A DNA stretch of 20,046 nucleotides from Octopus sinensis (lineage: Eukaryota), in assembly GCF_006345805.1 (NCBI RefSeq), contig NW_021824086.1, positions 1-20,046 of the forward strand, written 5' to 3'. Below the pieces are notes generated by a model. It was not told the DNA's origin. It worked only from the letters and a program-made list of their open reading frames with translations, and made no database searches. Position numbers and translations under genes: made by a program. Position 1 is the stretch's first letter. Every line of letters starts with the position of its first letter. Positions 17,844 to 20,046 of the stretch are shown here, in pieces.

Positions 17844-20046
17844 CATGCCGGATCCTAGGTCCTACCTCCTCACCTCCATCACCGTTTGAGGATCATCTAC
17901 GTTCGCTTCCTGTATATTGCCTTCAGCCGTCCGTTAATCTCTCTCTACTTCTTTTTAAAAAAACCCGCTTCTCTAGCCATCTCTTTCCTAAGCCGCTGCC
18001 TACATCACCGACTCATCCCTAAAGGTTCCGCCTCCACTTCCACCCTGCTCTCCACTCGGATTCTTCCATCTTACCCATACTCCGCACCACATCTTACCGC
18101 CTTATGCGGGCCACCATTCGCTCCAATCTCTCCAAACTACATGCCATCAACCGCCTTCTTCCTCCTTCTTCTTTCTCCACCTTCTTCTCCCTCTCTGCCG
18201 CCTCTCTATGCTCCAAACAACGCTACGCTTCATTATCCATTTGAATCAACTCTTCCCTCAATTCTTTCTGATACCAACCTTCGTAAACTCCAATCACTCT
18301 TCCATTCCACCCTACCCGACGCCACCACTACCCCAACTCCTCCACCACCCTTCTCCCCTCCCCGATAGGCTCCATCCACCCACACCCTAACCCCACTGCC
18401 CCCCCCTACAACCCCTTCTCCCCTCCCGTTAGGCTCCATCCACCTACACCTAACCCTACTGCCCGCCCCCCCAACCACCCCCACACCCTCCCCAATCCCT
18501 CCCCCTCAGACCTCCACGAGACCTACCACCCCTCCCTCCTACTTCTATTTCCACCCACCCTCTCCACTTCCGTCTGTTTTACCATTCCCCCCGATCTTCC
18601 CCCTCTGCGGCTGAACGCTCCGTCCGCCTTGGTAGGGGTCTGCGTTTCATCCCCTCACTCCATCCTGTAAGGAATTCCAGACGCGAGTTGATGTCCACAG
18701 CTTTGTGCGCCGTGTCCGGTTGGGTGCGCATTACCACGACTCGCCACCCACACCCCACGAAGAGGACGACTGCTTCACTGGCCTGGGCAACCGACCATCC
18801 CCGTGGACGCCTGCCCCTGGCCAGATCCTAGCAGTGGGATCTTTTCGCGGGCGCTTGTCAGCGTGCATTGGAGCGGTTCAACTTCTCCAGGCGCCAACGC
18901 CGCCTCACATCTCCCCGGCTGAGCTCTTGGCTCTTGTTCCCTCCAACGGCGCGCTGACAGTATCATCAAAACCGGCTGACAAGGGTGGAGCTGTAGTGGT
19001 GTGGCGCGCGGACCTCTATAGGGCCGAGGCTTTTCCGCCAACTCAATGACACCTCCTTCTATTCCCCTCTGCCCTCTAACCCCACACGTAGCTACCACAG
19101 ACGGTATCCTCTACCGTCCAAGACCTCATCTCGTCCTCCCGTCTCCCCGCACCGCATCCAACCTAATTGTGCGAACCCCACGTACCCCCACCACTTTACT
19201 CCTCCCCAAATCCACAAACCAACACCCTGGCCGCCCCCTCGTCTCCGCCTGTAACTGCCCCGCGGAGCTCATCCTAAAATACCTCGACCGTGTCCTTGCC
19301 CCCCTAGTGGCATCTCTTTCCCTCCCACAATCCACCGATACCAACCATGCTCTCCTCGGCTTTTCAACTCTTTCTCCTTCCTCCCGGCTCCTCCAAAATC
19401 CTTTTTACTATGGACAATCCGAAGCCTCTATACTGTTATCCCTCACCACGAAGGACTGCAGGCCCTTCGACACTTTCTTGACCTCCGCTCTAACCTGTAC
19501 CTGACACCTCCACACTCATTCGTCTGGCCGAACTTGTCCTTACTCTGAACTACTGCTTCTCGTTCGCGGCGAGTTCTACCATCAGGTCTCGGGAGTGGCC
19601 ATGGGAACGCGAATGGGCCCCAACTATGCGAACCTGTTCGTTGGCTATGTTGAGGCCCAAATATTCTCTAATTTCACTGGTCCCACTCCTAAACTATATG
19701 GTCGTTATATTGACGACATTATCGGTGCCACCTCACTCTCCCGCGAACATCTAGATTCCTTCCTCTCTCTTTTCGACCAATCTTTCCATCCAGCCCTCCA
19801 CTTCACTTCCACTATCTCCAACCCCTCTGTCTCCTTCCTCGACATTTCGGTTAGCATTCTTCACTCCACTCTTACCACCTCCATTCACTACAACACAACA
19901 GACTCACACTCATACCTCAACTTCTCTTCCTCCCACCCAGAACACACCAAGCTTCCATCCCCTATTCCCAATTCCTTCCTCCGCTACGTAGGCTCTGTAG
20001 TGACGACCATGACTTTGAGACTCAGTCTAAACGTATGGCTCACCAC
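17844..20046 (+). pseudogene. Penelope-type reverse transcriptase ORF with multiple frameshifts
   Basis: The RT motifs above fall in shifting frames. The start near ATG ~17845 is tentative. The GIY-YIG endonuclease would lie beyond the window. Confidence 0.85.
18348..18472 (+). repeat. Two ~65-bp C-rich tandem units inside the retroelement ORF
   Basis: CCCTTCTCCCCTCCC..TAGGCTCCATCCACC.ACACC.TAACCCC.ACTGCCC at 18348 and 18413. Confidence 0.85.

Larger units (their letters stand above)
17040..20046 (+). mobile_element. Penelope-like retroelement (putative 5' terminal repeat, UTR and frameshifted RT ORF), truncated by the window end
   Basis: Motifs in the expected order: GRGLRFIP (~18630), KPADKGGAVVVW (18969), PGRPLVS (~19225), LYTVIPH (~19427), GVAMGTRMGPNYANLF (19592), YGRYIDD (19697-19717), SFLDI, YLNFSSSHP, IPYSQF, RLCS. 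The 5' boundary is approximate. Confidence 0.93.

Overview
AT-rich, microsatellite-dense eukaryotic DNA that is almost entirely repeat-derived. The SINE families look like those I recall from octopus/cephalopod genomes (inference, not a database result). No recognisable host gene is present, and most ORF-track entries are simple-repeat artefacts. The window contains: a ~2.1 kb degenerate (GGT)n array abutting a possible His-rich minus-strand exon; two tRNA-derived SINE families in several copies; four short non-autonomous Helitrons (TC...hairpin...CTAG, inserted at A|T); two Tc1/mariner relics, one rearranged to carry two outward-facing 3' ends; and a Penelope-like retroelement (RT with GVAMG and YIDD motifs, many frameshifts) running off the right end. 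The main signal no ORF track would show is four sequence-unrelated minimal type I hammerhead ribozyme folds (3411-3453 -, 7696-7751 -, 15497-15542 +, 17086-17122 +), two with an intact CUGAUGA/GAAA core. There is also a 580-bp chimeric insert apparently assembled from nearby DNA.
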